NCBI GenBank assembly: GCA_963674865.2
Contig: CAXXYE010000004.1
Coordinates: 544,001-608,000 of the forward strand
DNA length: 64,000 nt
Direction: 5' to 3'
DNA from: Candidatus Hydrogenedentota bacterium
Lineage (GTDB): Bacteria; Hydrogenedentota; Hydrogenedentia; Hydrogenedentales; SLHB01
The notes below the pieces were generated by a model. It saw nothing but the letters and a program-made list of their open reading frames with translations, ran no database searches and had not been told where the DNA came from. Shown in pieces: positions 54,456 to 64,000 of this stretch; position 1 is the first letter of the stretch, and every line of letters begins with the position of its first letter. The position numbers and the translations under genes were made by a program.

Positions 54456-55199
54456 CTATTCGACTCGCCGTTGCCTACGCTCGTGCATGTTCTTGAGGAT
54501 CAGGGGGGCCGCTTCCTCGAAGCTCTTCCCCGACTTGATGGCCGCGCACGCCCCGCAGCATGTCCGCAAGTTCTCCTTCACGTGGCTCCCGCCCCGCGAC
54601 TGCGGCACGTAGTGATCCAGCGTCGCGTTTTCGTGAGTGACACGCTCGCCGCAGTACTGGCACGTCCAGTCATCCCGCGCGAACAGGCTCAGGCGCTTCT
54701 CGGGATTCGTGAAATGCTCGTCATCCGTCGAAAACGACGACGCCAGCTTCTCGACGACAAACGGGACCTCCCTCGGCGCAAGTACTTGATACAGCGTCCC
54801 TTCCCGGGTGGTATCGCCGACGACGATGCAGCCCTTCAGTTCGAGACTTCGGAACACCTCCGTCACTTGCGCGAAGCTGATCCCCGCCGCCGCACGTGAA
54901 CTTCGCCCAAGCCGCTCAAGGACCCGTTTCTTGCCGATTCGCACCGTGTCGGAGTTGTCGCGCAAGAAAGACATCCGCAGCAGAAGGAGATAAAGCGCGC
55001 TCTCGTAAGGCGTTAGCCCAGGCATCACAAGGTCTACGAGATCGCAGAGAAGACCCCGCACATCCTCGGCCACGTGGGCCACGTCCGCGGCGCCGCCGGG
55101 GAGGCCGAGAGCATCACCTTCTGCACCCGGCGCCTCATCCAAACGCCCCCCGGGCGCCAAATCCTGTGGATTCAAATCTAGTTCGTCGGCCATCGGCAT
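54456..55199 (-). CDS. HNH (McrA-like) endonuclease domain protein with N-terminal winged helix
   Basis: RDDWTCQYCG, TLDHYVPQSRGG, ENLRTCCGAC; N-terminal LTPYESALYLLL...LELKGCI. Confidence 0.85.
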   Translation of the reverse strand: MPMADELDLNPQDLAPGGRLDEAPGAEGDALGLPGGAADVAHVAEDVRGLLCDLVDLVMPGLTPYESALYLLLLRMSFLRDNSDTVRIGKKRVLERLGRSSRAAAGISFAQVTEVFRSLELKGCIVVGDTTREGTLYQVLAPREVPFVVEKLASSFSTDDEHFTNPEKRLSLFARDDWTCQYCGERVTHENATLDHYVPQSRGGSHVKENLRTCCGACAAIKSGKSFEEAAPLILKNMHERRQRRVE

Positions 55200-55645
55200 A
55201 CAACCTTTCGTCGACAATTACTGTACGGCGCAGCCGCGCCGCAGGTACAACACCGGGGCAGGCCTTCGTCGCCTTTGACAAACAAACGAGAAGGAACGAC
55301 CGTGATAGAGAGCACGCCCTTGCGCACGCGCGACGAGAAGCGACAACTCTAGGCAGGACGGCAAGTGCCGGGCCGGCTATGAGATAAGATGCATTCATGA
55401 CAAGGGCGGTCCACCAAGAGCGATTACACGTCACCCATTACTTCTCAAAACGACATGCTCCACGTTCAGTCACCCTTTAAGGCCCATCCCCACAAATCTT
55501 TAACACACATACAGCGCTCAAGTTCCACGATCTCCGCAATGATCTCGAATCATCAACAACGTGATCCCCCTTGCAACCTACAGCAGTCCTTGCGCGTCCT
55601 CGCTGACGCCCGATCTTCACCGGCCCAATACCGGCAGGTACGCCC

Positions 55646-57898
55646 TCAAAGGACCTCAGGGATCTGCTCGATGCTGCCCTTCCAGAAGCCGATGCTCAAC
55701 CGGTTCCAAGTATAGGTGATGGCCATGCCGCAGGCCACGGGGATGATCGCGGGATAGGCGAAGGAGCCCTCCCCGCTCTCAATATCGCGCCGGCGTGGCC
55801 ATGTCCGGCCGTTATCGAAGGACAGCGCGATGGTCAGCGGCGTGCGTATCTTATTTGTTGACGATGGGTTATACACGAGCGCCAGCACGCCCTCGTCGAT
55901 CATCGCCGCGTCGATGCCGCTGTTCGGATTAAGAAGCTTCGTCGGACGTATCCGCGTCCAGGTGCGGCCGTAGTCCTTTGAATCGCTGCGGCCAATCACC
56001 CCGCAGGCCGTCCGAACGAACATCGATACTTTGCCGGGCTCCCATTCCCACAACGCGGGCTGGATCGCCCCGAGTCCCGTGATGCGCTTCCGGTTGATGT
56101 CCACCTTGGTGGCCGACCACGAACACCCCTCGTCTTCCGAGCGGTCGATAAACACTTCCCACCCATGCACTTCGTGCCGCTCCGTCGAACCCGGCGCCAG
56201 CCACGTCCCATCGGAAAGCACGATCGGCTTGTTCTTCACCGGCCCCCGCCCAAACGGACTGCCCTTGATGAACTCCCGCGGCCGCGTCCACGTGACGCCC
56301 TCATCGCGGCTGGACATCACCCACGTCGCCCAATTCGTCGCGCCCTGTCCCGCTTTGAAAAACAGCATGATTCGCCCATCAGGCCGCCTGAACAGGACCG
56401 GATTGTAATGGGGGACAGGCGCGACTTTCGCCACCATCACGGGCGGCGACCAGGCCTCTTCGGAACGCATCGACGACCAGATAGCCGTGTCCTCGTGCCC
56501 TTCCCGCGTCCCGCCGAACCAGACGGCCAGATAGCGGTCATTGGAAAGCTGCACCAACGACGACGCATGACACTGCGGGAACGGTCGCTCGTCCCCGAAA
56601 ATATGCTCATGAATACAGGTTTTCTTTCGCAAATAGGAGCCATAATCGGACAAATTCAGCGATTGTTGGGCCCGAATCAACCCTTTTTGGACCGTTTGTA
56701 TTGGCGCTTTTCGTATATTGAGCCCTTTGCGCAAGCATTCATACGCCACGCGCCCCGCCGCAAACCCAGTCTGCGCGCAGGTCGTCATCACACGGTACGA
56801 ACTCATGGCCATTTGGTCGCCAGAAATACCCCGGCCCGCTACAAGTAAGTTCTTGGAGCCCTTAGGGATAAGACACCCAAGCGGGATGTGGTACGCCTCG
56901 AGATGCGTCGTGATCCCGGTACCTGCCCGCTGGGGCTTCTCAGGCCAATGGTAGTCCAGATGGTACGTACCTACCGCGACCGCATCCTCGAACAACCGCC
57001 GCCGCTTAACATCTTCTTCCGTGATGACATACGTTCCTACGACGCGCCTACCCTCGCGGATACCGATCTGCCGCGACACGCACGCCAACGCGTGCCTGTC
57101 ATACACCCGCCCCCGGTAGCCCTTAGTCTGCAGGAAGTAGATGAGGCCCATCATCTGGCGGCGGGCGGCCACCTCCGCCGCAGAGAGGCTGTCGCCGTCG
57201 GCAGCGTCGAATCCGACCACCTTCATCTTTACCTCGACTTTGCCGCTGGGGAAGGCATCGACGGTGGTCATGGGGATATCGTCGTAGGACTCCCACTTAG
57301 GGCACTTCGGCGGAAGGTAGGGCTCCACCTTGCTTCCTGTGTCCCAGAGCGTGAAATAGAGACTCATGGGAAGCTGCACATAGGGCCCCTCGTGGAACGT
57401 CTCGAATCCGGCGGCATGGGCCAGCACGCACTCCCCGGTGGCGTCAATGGCCATACGCGGCCGGTAGGTGATCGAGTCAGAGGGGGTCGAGGCAAGCACG
57501 GAATGAAGCGTCCCATTTCGGCATGTCGCGTCGACCATCTGCGTATGAAACTGCACCTTGACGCCCTGCTCGAGCAGGTATTCCTGGAGGTAGAAGGCCC
57601 ACTGATCCAGCTCATAGCCCCGCCGATCTTTGTTGGGATCGTAAGGCTTGATTGAGCCGCGGCGTTGCAGGCGCTCCACGAGTTCCGCGAAAGGCCCATT
57701 TACCAGGGAGGAGTCGCCGCAAAAACCCGCCACGCCCCCGGCCGTGCCCTGTCCGCCGAGGACATTATGCCGCTCGATAAGCGTCACCCGGACGCCTTTC
57801 GCCCGCGCCCCAAGGGCGGCAAACGCCCCCGCGATACCACCACCAACCACCAGGACGTCGACTTCCCGCGAGACAGACTTACCTGTGCTGCAATTCAA
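55646..57898 (-). CDS. FAD-dependent oxidoreductase fused to a BNR/sialidase-like beta-propeller
   Basis: DVLVVGGGIAG, IDATG, NLLVAGR; CHAS...WFGGTREG and four Asp-boxes; probable TTG start 57898 after AAAGGAG. Confidence 0.85.
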   Translation of the reverse strand: MNCSTGKSVSREVDVLVVGGGIAGAFAALGARAKGVRVTLIERHNVLGGQGTAGGVAGFCGDSSLVNGPFAELVERLQRRGSIKPYDPNKDRRGYELDQWAFYLQEYLLEQGVKVQFHTQMVDATCRNGTLHSVLASTPSDSITYRPRMAIDATGECVLAHAAGFETFHEGPYVQLPMSLYFTLWDTGSKVEPYLPPKCPKWESYDDIPMTTVDAFPSGKVEVKMKVVGFDAADGDSLSAAEVAARRQMMGLIYFLQTKGYRGRVYDRHALACVSRQIGIREGRRVVGTYVITEEDVKRRRLFEDAVAVGTYHLDYHWPEKPQRAGTGITTHLEAYHIPLGCLIPKGSKNLLVAGRGISGDQMAMSSYRVMTTCAQTGFAAGRVAYECLRKGLNIRKAPIQTVQKGLIRAQQSLNLSDYGSYLRKKTCIHEHIFGDERPFPQCHASSLVQLSNDRYLAVWFGGTREGHEDTAIWSSMRSEEAWSPPVMVAKVAPVPHYNPVLFRRPDGRIMLFFKAGQGATNWATWVMSSRDEGVTWTRPREFIKGSPFGRGPVKNKPIVLSDGTWLAPGSTERHEVHGWEVFIDRSEDEGCSWSATKVDINRKRITGLGAIQPALWEWEPGKVSMFVRTACGVIGRSDSKDYGRTWTRIRPTKLLNPNSGIDAAMIDEGVLALVYNPSSTNKIRTPLTIALSFDNGRTWPRRRDIESGEGSFAYPAIIPVACGMAITYTWNRLSIGFWKGSIEQIPEVL

Positions 57899-58190
57899 CG
57901 ACCCGCGCTCCTTTCCACAGAGACAGACATCAGTCCTCTTGCTTCGCCTCGTTATAGAAGATGGCGGGACGGGCGCTTCATAACAGCACAACACCCCTGC
58001 CAGTCCAACAACACATCATCTTACCGTCACCGACTCTCGCGCATCCCACAGACTTCGAAAGTGCGCGTTCTCACGGCGTACATAATCTAGCACATGCAAC
58101 ACTGGTATCGAATACATGTTCGGACGTCGCCTGTGCAAGGACAGGATTTGTCGCACTTAGCTCACTTTTGCTCCTTTGAGCGGAATTCCC

Positions 58191-58219
58191 TTGACCTCGG
58201 GAGGCATATTCGCTAGACT
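58191..58219 (+). promoter_or_regulatory. Sigma70-type promoter of the TIR-NB-ARC-TPR gene
   Basis: TTGACC-17 bp-TAGACT. Confidence 0.6.
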
Positions 58220-58305
58220 GCCTTAGTACAAGAAGCGGCGTGCGAGGGTGGCAATTACTTCTCAGGGGGGGTGGTATGCACGGCCGGAGGTGAGGCGTAC
58301 TAGAT

Positions 58306-60966
58306 ATGCAGGATTTTATTGTTAGCTACGTGGAATCTGATCGACCATGGGCGGAGTGGATTGAACGCCAACTTAAGGATGCCGGTTATGATTCCGAACT
58401 ATGTTCGTGGGATTATCGAACACCGCACGAAGCCCTGCGCAAGATGCGCAACAAGTCTTCCGACGGGGCCCACGTGGTGGCGGTGTTGTCGCCCAATTAC
58501 CTGACAACCGTTCATTCCGAGACAGAGTGGGTCCACGCGCTTTCCCTGTCCGAACTCCCCGTCCTACCGATTCGAGTGCGTCACTGCATTGTGGGCACCT
58601 TGGTCCAAAGCTACATCGATCTTGTGAAGCTGGATCATGAAGAGGCAAGGCGTGCACTCATCGGCGAGGTCACCTCCCGTTTCGGAGAGCCACAGAGGTC
58701 GCCGCTTGCAGGCCAAGTCACCGGGGCCGCAATTTCTGCCAGCACAGAAGGCCGCGGAGGCACCGGGCAAATCGTCCACGCGACCTTTCACGTGCCTTAC
58801 GACTCGCATCCGGAATTCGTGGGGAGAGAGGCCCTGCTGAATGACCTCTACAAGGCCCTGGCCTCCCGCAACTGCGTCGCCTTAGTTCAGAACCGCCCGG
58901 GGCCGGGCGGAACCGGGCGGACGCAATTGGCGGTTGAGTACGCCAATCTTTACAAGACGGACTACAGCGTCATCTGGTGGATGCGGGCGGAACGCGGGGC
59001 GACGCTGGTTCACGATTTCTCTGCCTTGGCGACCCCCCTGGATCTCGAAGACAAGGACGCGGACAACTTGGCCATGACGGCCAAATCCGTGCGCAAGTGG
59101 CTTTCGGAGAACTCGGGCTGGTTGCTCATTTTCGATTCGGCCCATCGGCCGAGATCCGTGGCGGAGTTCATCCCCGAGCAGTGCAAAGGCCACGTGCTAA
59201 TCACTTCCCTGAATCCCAGTTGGAGAGGCACGGCCGTGCAGTTTCGCGTTCCTCCATTGGAACGCAGCGAATCGGTGCAGCTACTCTTCAGGCAGACGAA
59301 AAAGCGTAACGAGGGCGCCTCCGCGGCCCTTGCCGCGGCCCTGGACGACCTTCCTCTTCCCCTCAACCTTGCCAGCGCCTTCATCCACACCACCGGCATC
59401 ACGATTGACGAATATATCGACCGCCTCCTCACTCGCCACAAAGAGTTCTGGGGATTCGAGGACCCGCCGCGGCATGTCATGGCTCTCACGGCGACGGCCC
59501 TGAGTCTGACGGTCGAACGCCTCGTGACGGAGAGCAAGGGCGCTGTCGACCTCCTCAAGGCCTGCGCCTACTGCGCCCCGCTCGACATTCGGCTGGCACG
59601 GTTCAGCGCCGGCATGAAGTCGCTGCCGCGGACGCTGGCAAAGACCGCCACCAACCTGACCAAACTAAACGGTGCGGTGAATTCGCTCAAGCGCTACGGT
59701 CTTGTCCAAGAGCGAGACGACGCCCTGTCCATGCATCGCGTGGTACAGGCCGTCATCTACAATTGGCTGGAACAGGACTTTCAGGACAGCGACAATGCCA
59801 ACTTGGAGGAGTTCCTGAAGAAATTCAGGTACACGCGCGCGGAGCGCAAGGGGGTCGACCTATGGTGCAAGGCGACCCTTCGCCTGCTCAAAGATGCCTA
59901 TCCTCAAGCTCTGTCCGACCGGGCGTGCTGGCACGAATGCGCGTTTCTTCTTCCTCACGTGATGTCGGTTCTGCAACACGCCGAGCGGATTGACGCAGAT
60001 CCGAAGACGTCCTCCCAACTGTGGAATCTTCTTGGCCTGTACCTCGTGGAGCGCGGTGACCTCACGCGGGCCCGAGTCTCGTTCGAATGGGCGCTGGCGC
60101 TCCACCAGCGCGCTTACGGCCCTAATCATCGCGGTCTGGGCCAGCTCTACAAGAACCTCGGCAATGTCCACCGTTCACTACATAACTTCCGCGAAGCACG
60201 TGCCGCTTATGAAAGGGCTTTGGCCAGCGACGAGGCGGCCTATGGACCTTCGCATGCTTCGGTGGCGGCGGACATCTTGAACCTTGGCAACATCCTGATG
60301 GAGACGGGGGATCTTCCCGTAGCCCGGCAATACTATATGCGGGCAGTCGAGGTGGATATGAAACTCAATGGGCAGAATCACCCCGACGTGGCCCGAGACC
60401 TGACAAACCTCGGACTCGTGTCCCGGGAGCTAGGAGACTTGACCGCCGCGTGGGAGTACTACGGCCAAGCCCTCGAGATCAACGAAGCGTCATACGGCGC
60501 CGAACACCGTGCGGTAGCCAGCTCGCTCAAGAACCTGGGCGAACTCTTGCGAAAAATGGGAGACAGCACCTCGGCGCAGATGCACTTCAAACGCGCCCTG
60601 GAAATTGACATCGCGCTTCACGGCAACAGCCATCCCGAGGTGGCCGCCGACTACAACAACCTAGGACTTATTTCCGAGGATAAGGGCAACATCGACGAAG
60701 CTAGGATATGCTATAGGCGGGCCTTGAACATCGAAGAAGCCGTCTATGGCCGCGAGCATCCCAAGGTGGCGATAAGCGTCAACAACCTAGGCGGTCTTTT
60801 CCTGAAGCAACGAGAGAGAGCGCAAGCCGCGGCCTGCTACGAGCGCGCGCACAGGATATTTCACAAGGTCCTGGGCGCGAAGCACCCGCATACACAAACG
60901 GCCATGCGCAACCTCCACAAGGCGTGCTCCAAGGACAAAGACGACACCGACTCCGAGTGGATCTAG
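58306..60966 (+). CDS. TIR - NB-ARC - TPR protein (bacterial NLR-like, FxsT-like architecture)
   Basis: DFIVSY...DRPWAEWI...LSPNY...EW...LPIRV (TIR); FVGRE, GPGGTGRT, WLLIFD, LPLPL, MHRVVQ; 42-aa TPRs with G..HP.VA..NNLG. Confidence 0.9.
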   Translation: MQDFIVSYVESDRPWAEWIERQLKDAGYDSELCSWDYRTPHEALRKMRNKSSDGAHVVAVLSPNYLTTVHSETEWVHALSLSELPVLPIRVRHCIVGTLVQSYIDLVKLDHEEARRALIGEVTSRFGEPQRSPLAGQVTGAAISASTEGRGGTGQIVHATFHVPYDSHPEFVGREALLNDLYKALASRNCVALVQNRPGPGGTGRTQLAVEYANLYKTDYSVIWWMRAERGATLVHDFSALATPLDLEDKDADNLAMTAKSVRKWLSENSGWLLIFDSAHRPRSVAEFIPEQCKGHVLITSLNPSWRGTAVQFRVPPLERSESVQLLFRQTKKRNEGASAALAAALDDLPLPLNLASAFIHTTGITIDEYIDRLLTRHKEFWGFEDPPRHVMALTATALSLTVERLVTESKGAVDLLKACAYCAPLDIRLARFSAGMKSLPRTLAKTATNLTKLNGAVNSLKRYGLVQERDDALSMHRVVQAVIYNWLEQDFQDSDNANLEEFLKKFRYTRAERKGVDLWCKATLRLLKDAYPQALSDRACWHECAFLLPHVMSVLQHAERIDADPKTSSQLWNLLGLYLVERGDLTRARVSFEWALALHQRAYGPNHRGLGQLYKNLGNVHRSLHNFREARAAYERALASDEAAYGPSHASVAADILNLGNILMETGDLPVARQYYMRAVEVDMKLNGQNHPDVARDLTNLGLVSRELGDLTAAWEYYGQALEINEASYGAEHRAVASSLKNLGELLRKMGDSTSAQMHFKRALEIDIALHGNSHPEVAADYNNLGLISEDKGNIDEARICYRRALNIEEAVYGREHPKVAISVNNLGGLFLKQRERAQAAACYERAHRIFHKVLGAKHPHTQTAMRNLHKACSKDKDDTDSEWI

Positions 60967-61033
60967 TCCGAGTGGCTCACACGTGGTCGCCTGCGCCCCG
61001 ATTCCTTCACCCATCGCCCGACGGAAAGACGTG

Positions 61034-62098
61034 TTAGCTCCGGCCGTCCAGCCCCGCCAGTTCCACGCGATTGCGGCCCAGTTCTTTGGCGCGGTAGAGG
61101 GCCGCGTCGGCTTCCTCGACAATCGCTTGGGGACCTTCGCATTCCGGCCGGTATTCGGCGACGCCTATACTCGTCGTGACGTTCAGGGAATCTTGCCGAC
61201 CCTCGCCAAAAGGATTATTGCGCACACGATCACACAACTTGTTGGCGAGCACGGCGGCTTCTTCGAGGCGCGTCTCGGGCAGAATGACGGCGATCTCTTC
61301 GCCTCCGTAGCGACAGCAGATATCCGAACGGCGGGTGTTGCGCCGGATCAACTCGGCGAACTCCCGCAGGACTTGATCCCCCGTCTGGTGTCCGTAGGTG
61401 TCGTTGAACTTCTTGAAGTGGTCGATGTCGAATAGCAGCATGGAGAACGTCCGCCCATAGCGCCGGGCCTGCTCGAACTCCTCGTCCATGCGCAAGTCGA
61501 AGTACCGTCGCACGTATAGCTTCGTCAGCCCGTCCGTCACCGCCAAGGCATAGAGCTGCGCGTTGTTGATGGCAATGGCGATCTGCGATCCGATGGACTG
61601 AAACAAATCGGCATCGTCGTGACTGAACGGGTGGCCGTCACGCCGATCTTCGAGACGCATTACGCCGACGGCCGCGCTCTTGGCGACGAGGGGGACATAG
61701 GCCGCATTCTGGAAATCGGAACTCACCAGCAAGGTGGTCTTCGATTGAAGCACATCCCCAAACGGCGTGCCCGCTAACGGCCCGGCTTCTTCCTCAAGGC
61801 GTTCCTTGCTTATGAGATCGTCGCCGTACTTGGCGATGATGGGCCGGACGACCTGCCCTTCCTTATCCAATTCAAAGATGGTGAGGCGACGAACATCCAA
61901 GGCCCCCTGAACAACGTTCGCGATATCCGTCAAAGTCTCGTCAAGTTCCAGAGAGTGGCTGATGGCGAGTCCGATTTCCCGTAGCGTTGACAGATGATCG
62001 ACCTGTCTGGCCAGAGCCGTATAGCTCCGGTAGAGCGACTCATAGTCGCCCGCCCACTGCCCGCCAGAACCGTCCATGATGCGACCACCTCTTTCCAC
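61034..62098 (-). CDS. GAF-GGDEF diguanylate cyclase
   Basis: TDGLTKL, DIDHFKKFNDTYGH, RRSD I-site, RYGGEE, ADAALYRAK. Confidence 0.95.
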   Translation of the reverse strand: MERGGRIMDGSGGQWAGDYESLYRSYTALARQVDHLSTLREIGLAISHSLELDETLTDIANVVQGALDVRRLTIFELDKEGQVVRPIIAKYGDDLISKERLEEEAGPLAGTPFGDVLQSKTTLLVSSDFQNAAYVPLVAKSAAVGVMRLEDRRDGHPFSHDDADLFQSIGSQIAIAINNAQLYALAVTDGLTKLYVRRYFDLRMDEEFEQARRYGRTFSMLLFDIDHFKKFNDTYGHQTGDQVLREFAELIRRNTRRSDICCRYGGEEIAVILPETRLEEAAVLANKLCDRVRNNPFGEGRQDSLNVTTSIGVAEYRPECEGPQAIVEEADAALYRAKELGRNRVELAGLDGRS

Positions 62099-62334
62099 GT
62101 ACTATCCAAGGCCACACCGCGCCTCGGAGAAGCGCATCATAGCATCCGCCTCCTGGCGCGGCCAATGCGAAAGGCGAGACGCCTTGCATGCAGCCACCGG
62201 GAGGCTGGTCCTGCGCGCCGCGCGGTAATCCTCGACATTCGTCCGCCGATAGCGTATCCTACTTGGCCCACTTGGCCGCGGCCTTGCGGGGATGTCAATG
62301 CAGTGATGCGGCAGTCCGCTGAGGAGGATCGGCG

Positions 62335-62940
62335 ATGCTGAAAGTCAGGCGCGCAGTACTCAGTTGTTACAACAAAGCGGGACTCGTGGAATTCGCACAG
62401 CTCCTGCGGGAATTGGATGTCGAGATCGTCAGCACCGCCGGCACTCGGCGCGTGTTGAATGACGCGGGCATCGAGGCCATTGAAACCGGTGATTTCACGG
62501 GGGTGGAGGAGATGCTGGACGGCCGCGTCAAATCGCTCCATCCCAAGATTCACTCCGGACTGCTCGGCATCCGCGATAACAAGGTCCACGTTGAGCAAAT
62601 GCACGCCCACGATTATCCCTGGATCGATCTCGTGGTGGTCAACCTCCATCCCTTGGATGAGGTCATCAACCGGCCCGGCATCACCGTGGACGAGGTCGTC
62701 GAGCAGATCGACATCGGCGGCGCGTCGATGGTGCGTTCGGCCGCCAAGAACTTCCGCTACGTGGCGGTGGTCGTCGATCCCGAGCGCTATCCGGCCGTGA
62801 TGCACGAACTGCGGGCGCATGAAGGCGAGATCCGCTTTCCCACGCGCTACCGGCTGGCCCAGGAGGCCTTCGCCTGCATCGCCGACTATGATCGCCTTAT
62901 CTCGGAGTATCTGCGAAGCGCCGAACCGTCGGAGGAGTAA
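62335..62940 (+). CDS. purH: IMP cyclohydrolase (N-terminal PurH/MGS-like domain only)
   Basis: RRAVLS..NK, STAGT, GRVKSLHP, IDLVVVNL, EQIDIGG...RSAAKN; stops at 201 aa. Confidence 0.85.
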   Translation: MLKVRRAVLSCYNKAGLVEFAQLLRELDVEIVSTAGTRRVLNDAGIEAIETGDFTGVEEMLDGRVKSLHPKIHSGLLGIRDNKVHVEQMHAHDYPWIDLVVVNLHPLDEVINRPGITVDEVVEQIDIGGASMVRSAAKNFRYVAVVVDPERYPAVMHELRAHEGEIRFPTRYRLAQEAFACIADYDRLISEYLRSAEPSEE

Positions 62941-62943
62941 TCC

Positions 62944-64000
62944 GTGAACGTACTCGTCGTTGGAGGAGGAGGGCGCGAGCACGCGCTGGTTTGGAAACTG
63001 GCCCAGAGCGCGGAGGTGGAGCACGTCTTCGCCGCGCCGGGCAGTCCCGGCATCGCCAGGCAGGGGCAGTGCGTCTCTATCGCCGTGGACGACTTTGACG
63101 CCCTCATCGCCTTCGCGCAGGAGCGAGAGGTAGGCCTCACGGTAGTCGGCCCCGAGGTCCCCCTCGCCAAAGGCATCGTCGATCGCTTCGCCGAAGCCGG
63201 CCTGCTGGCGTTCGGCCCAACGGCCGCGGCGGCGCGCCTTGAAGGAAGCAAGGCGTTTGCCAAGGCCTTCATGAAACGCCACGGCATTCCCAGTGCCGAG
63301 TACGAGGAGTTCACCGACGCGGACGCGGCGGTGTCTTATGTAAAGGAGAAGGGCGCCCCTATCGTGATCAAGGCCGACGGTCTTGCCGCGGGCAAAGGCG
63401 TAACCGTCGCACAAAACGTGGACATGGCCATTGAGGCGATTCGCCACGCCATGGTTGACGGCGTGTTCGGCGAGGCCGGAAACAAGGTGATCGTCGAGGA
63501 GTGCCTCGTAGGAGAAGAGGCCTCCATCCTTGCCTTCACGGACGGTTCAACCGTGGCGCCCATGGCGCCGAGTCAGGATCACAAAGCCGTGTTCGACGGC
63601 GATCAAGGCCCCAACACCGGGGGCATGGGCGCCTACTCACCGGCGCCCGTGGTTTCCGATGCGCTGTTCGACGAGATACGCGAGCGCGTCCTCTTGCCGT
63701 GCGTCCGGGGGATGGCTCAAGAGGGCGCGCCCTACATCGGCGTATTGTATGCGGGCCTCATGATTACCGAGGAAGGGCCCAAGGTCATCGAGTTCAACTG
63801 CCGCTTCGGCGATCCGGAGACGCAGGTGGTCCTGCCAAGGATGAAGTCCGATATTCTCCCGGCCCTATTGGCGTGCTGCAACGGCACACTGGATCAGGTA
63901 GACATCGCATGGGATGACAGCGCCTGCGTCGCGGTGGTCATGGCCTCGGGGGGATATCCCGGCGCCTACGAGAAAGGCAAGGCCATCACCGGCATCGACG
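62944..64000 (+). CDS. purD: Phosphoribosylamine-glycine ligase (runs off window)
   Basis: GTG start, NVLVVGGGGREHAL, VGPEVPL, LEGSKAF, KADGLAAGKGV, NTGGMGAY, EFNCRFGDPE. Confidence 0.97.
   Translation, partial: MNVLVVGGGGREHALVWKLAQSAEVEHVFAAPGSPGIARQGQCVSIAVDDFDALIAFAQEREVGLTVVGPEVPLAKGIVDRFAEAGLLAFGPTAAAARLEGSKAFAKAFMKRHGIPSAEYEEFTDADAAVSYVKEKGAPIVIKADGLAAGKGVTVAQNVDMAIEAIRHAMVDGVFGEAGNKVIVEECLVGEEASILAFTDGSTVAPMAPSQDHKAVFDGDQGPNTGGMGAYSPAPVVSDALFDEIRERVLLPCVRGMAQEGAPYIGVLYAGLMITEEGPKVIEFNCRFGDPETQVVLPRMKSDILPALLACCNGTLDQVDIAWDDSACVAVVMASGGYPGAYEKGKAITGID

Noticed and set aside
2375..63447. Long antisense or alternative-frame ORFs (e.g. 2375-3394, 5003-6301, 17315-18808, 23667-25067, 24200-25738, 34851-36308, 48891-50399, 62137-63447)
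   Set aside because: They are shadows of well-supported genes in high-GC DNA and have no recognisable motifs.

Overview
High-GC bacterial chromosomal window. The gene mix (expanded sulfatases, BNR/sialidases, UroD-like proteins, GxxExxY genes, repeat-crowded spacers) looks Hydrogenedentes/PVC-like, but that is inference only. About 45 CDS: mostly carbohydrate uptake and catabolism, several SAM methyltransferases, dnaK-dnaJ behind a sigma54-type promoter, amrS, a TIR-NB-ARC-TPR protein, a GAF-GGDEF cyclase, a half-length purH followed by purD, and tRNA-Ala(CGC). No CRISPR, integrase or transposase gene was seen. The most striking signal is intergenic. (i) A GxxExxY PD-(D/E)xK nuclease gene is enclosed by a perfect 19-bp inverted repeat (11205-11703). 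The same arms recur as gene-less hairpins across the window, alongside several sister families of 8-9-bp-period palindromes, and a second GxxExxY gene is again bracketed by such elements. This suggests a nuclease-plus-REP selfish system. (ii) There are nested REP/MITE elements with target-site duplications. (iii) There are REP-linked tandem duplications of gene 3' ends. Candidate defence genes: a membrane protein plus STAND-like ATPase operon, an antitoxin-like/DUF5677 fusion, a wHTH-HNH protein and the TIR-NLR. The scrambled sulfatase 3' end (41220-41594) is probably an assembly artefact.
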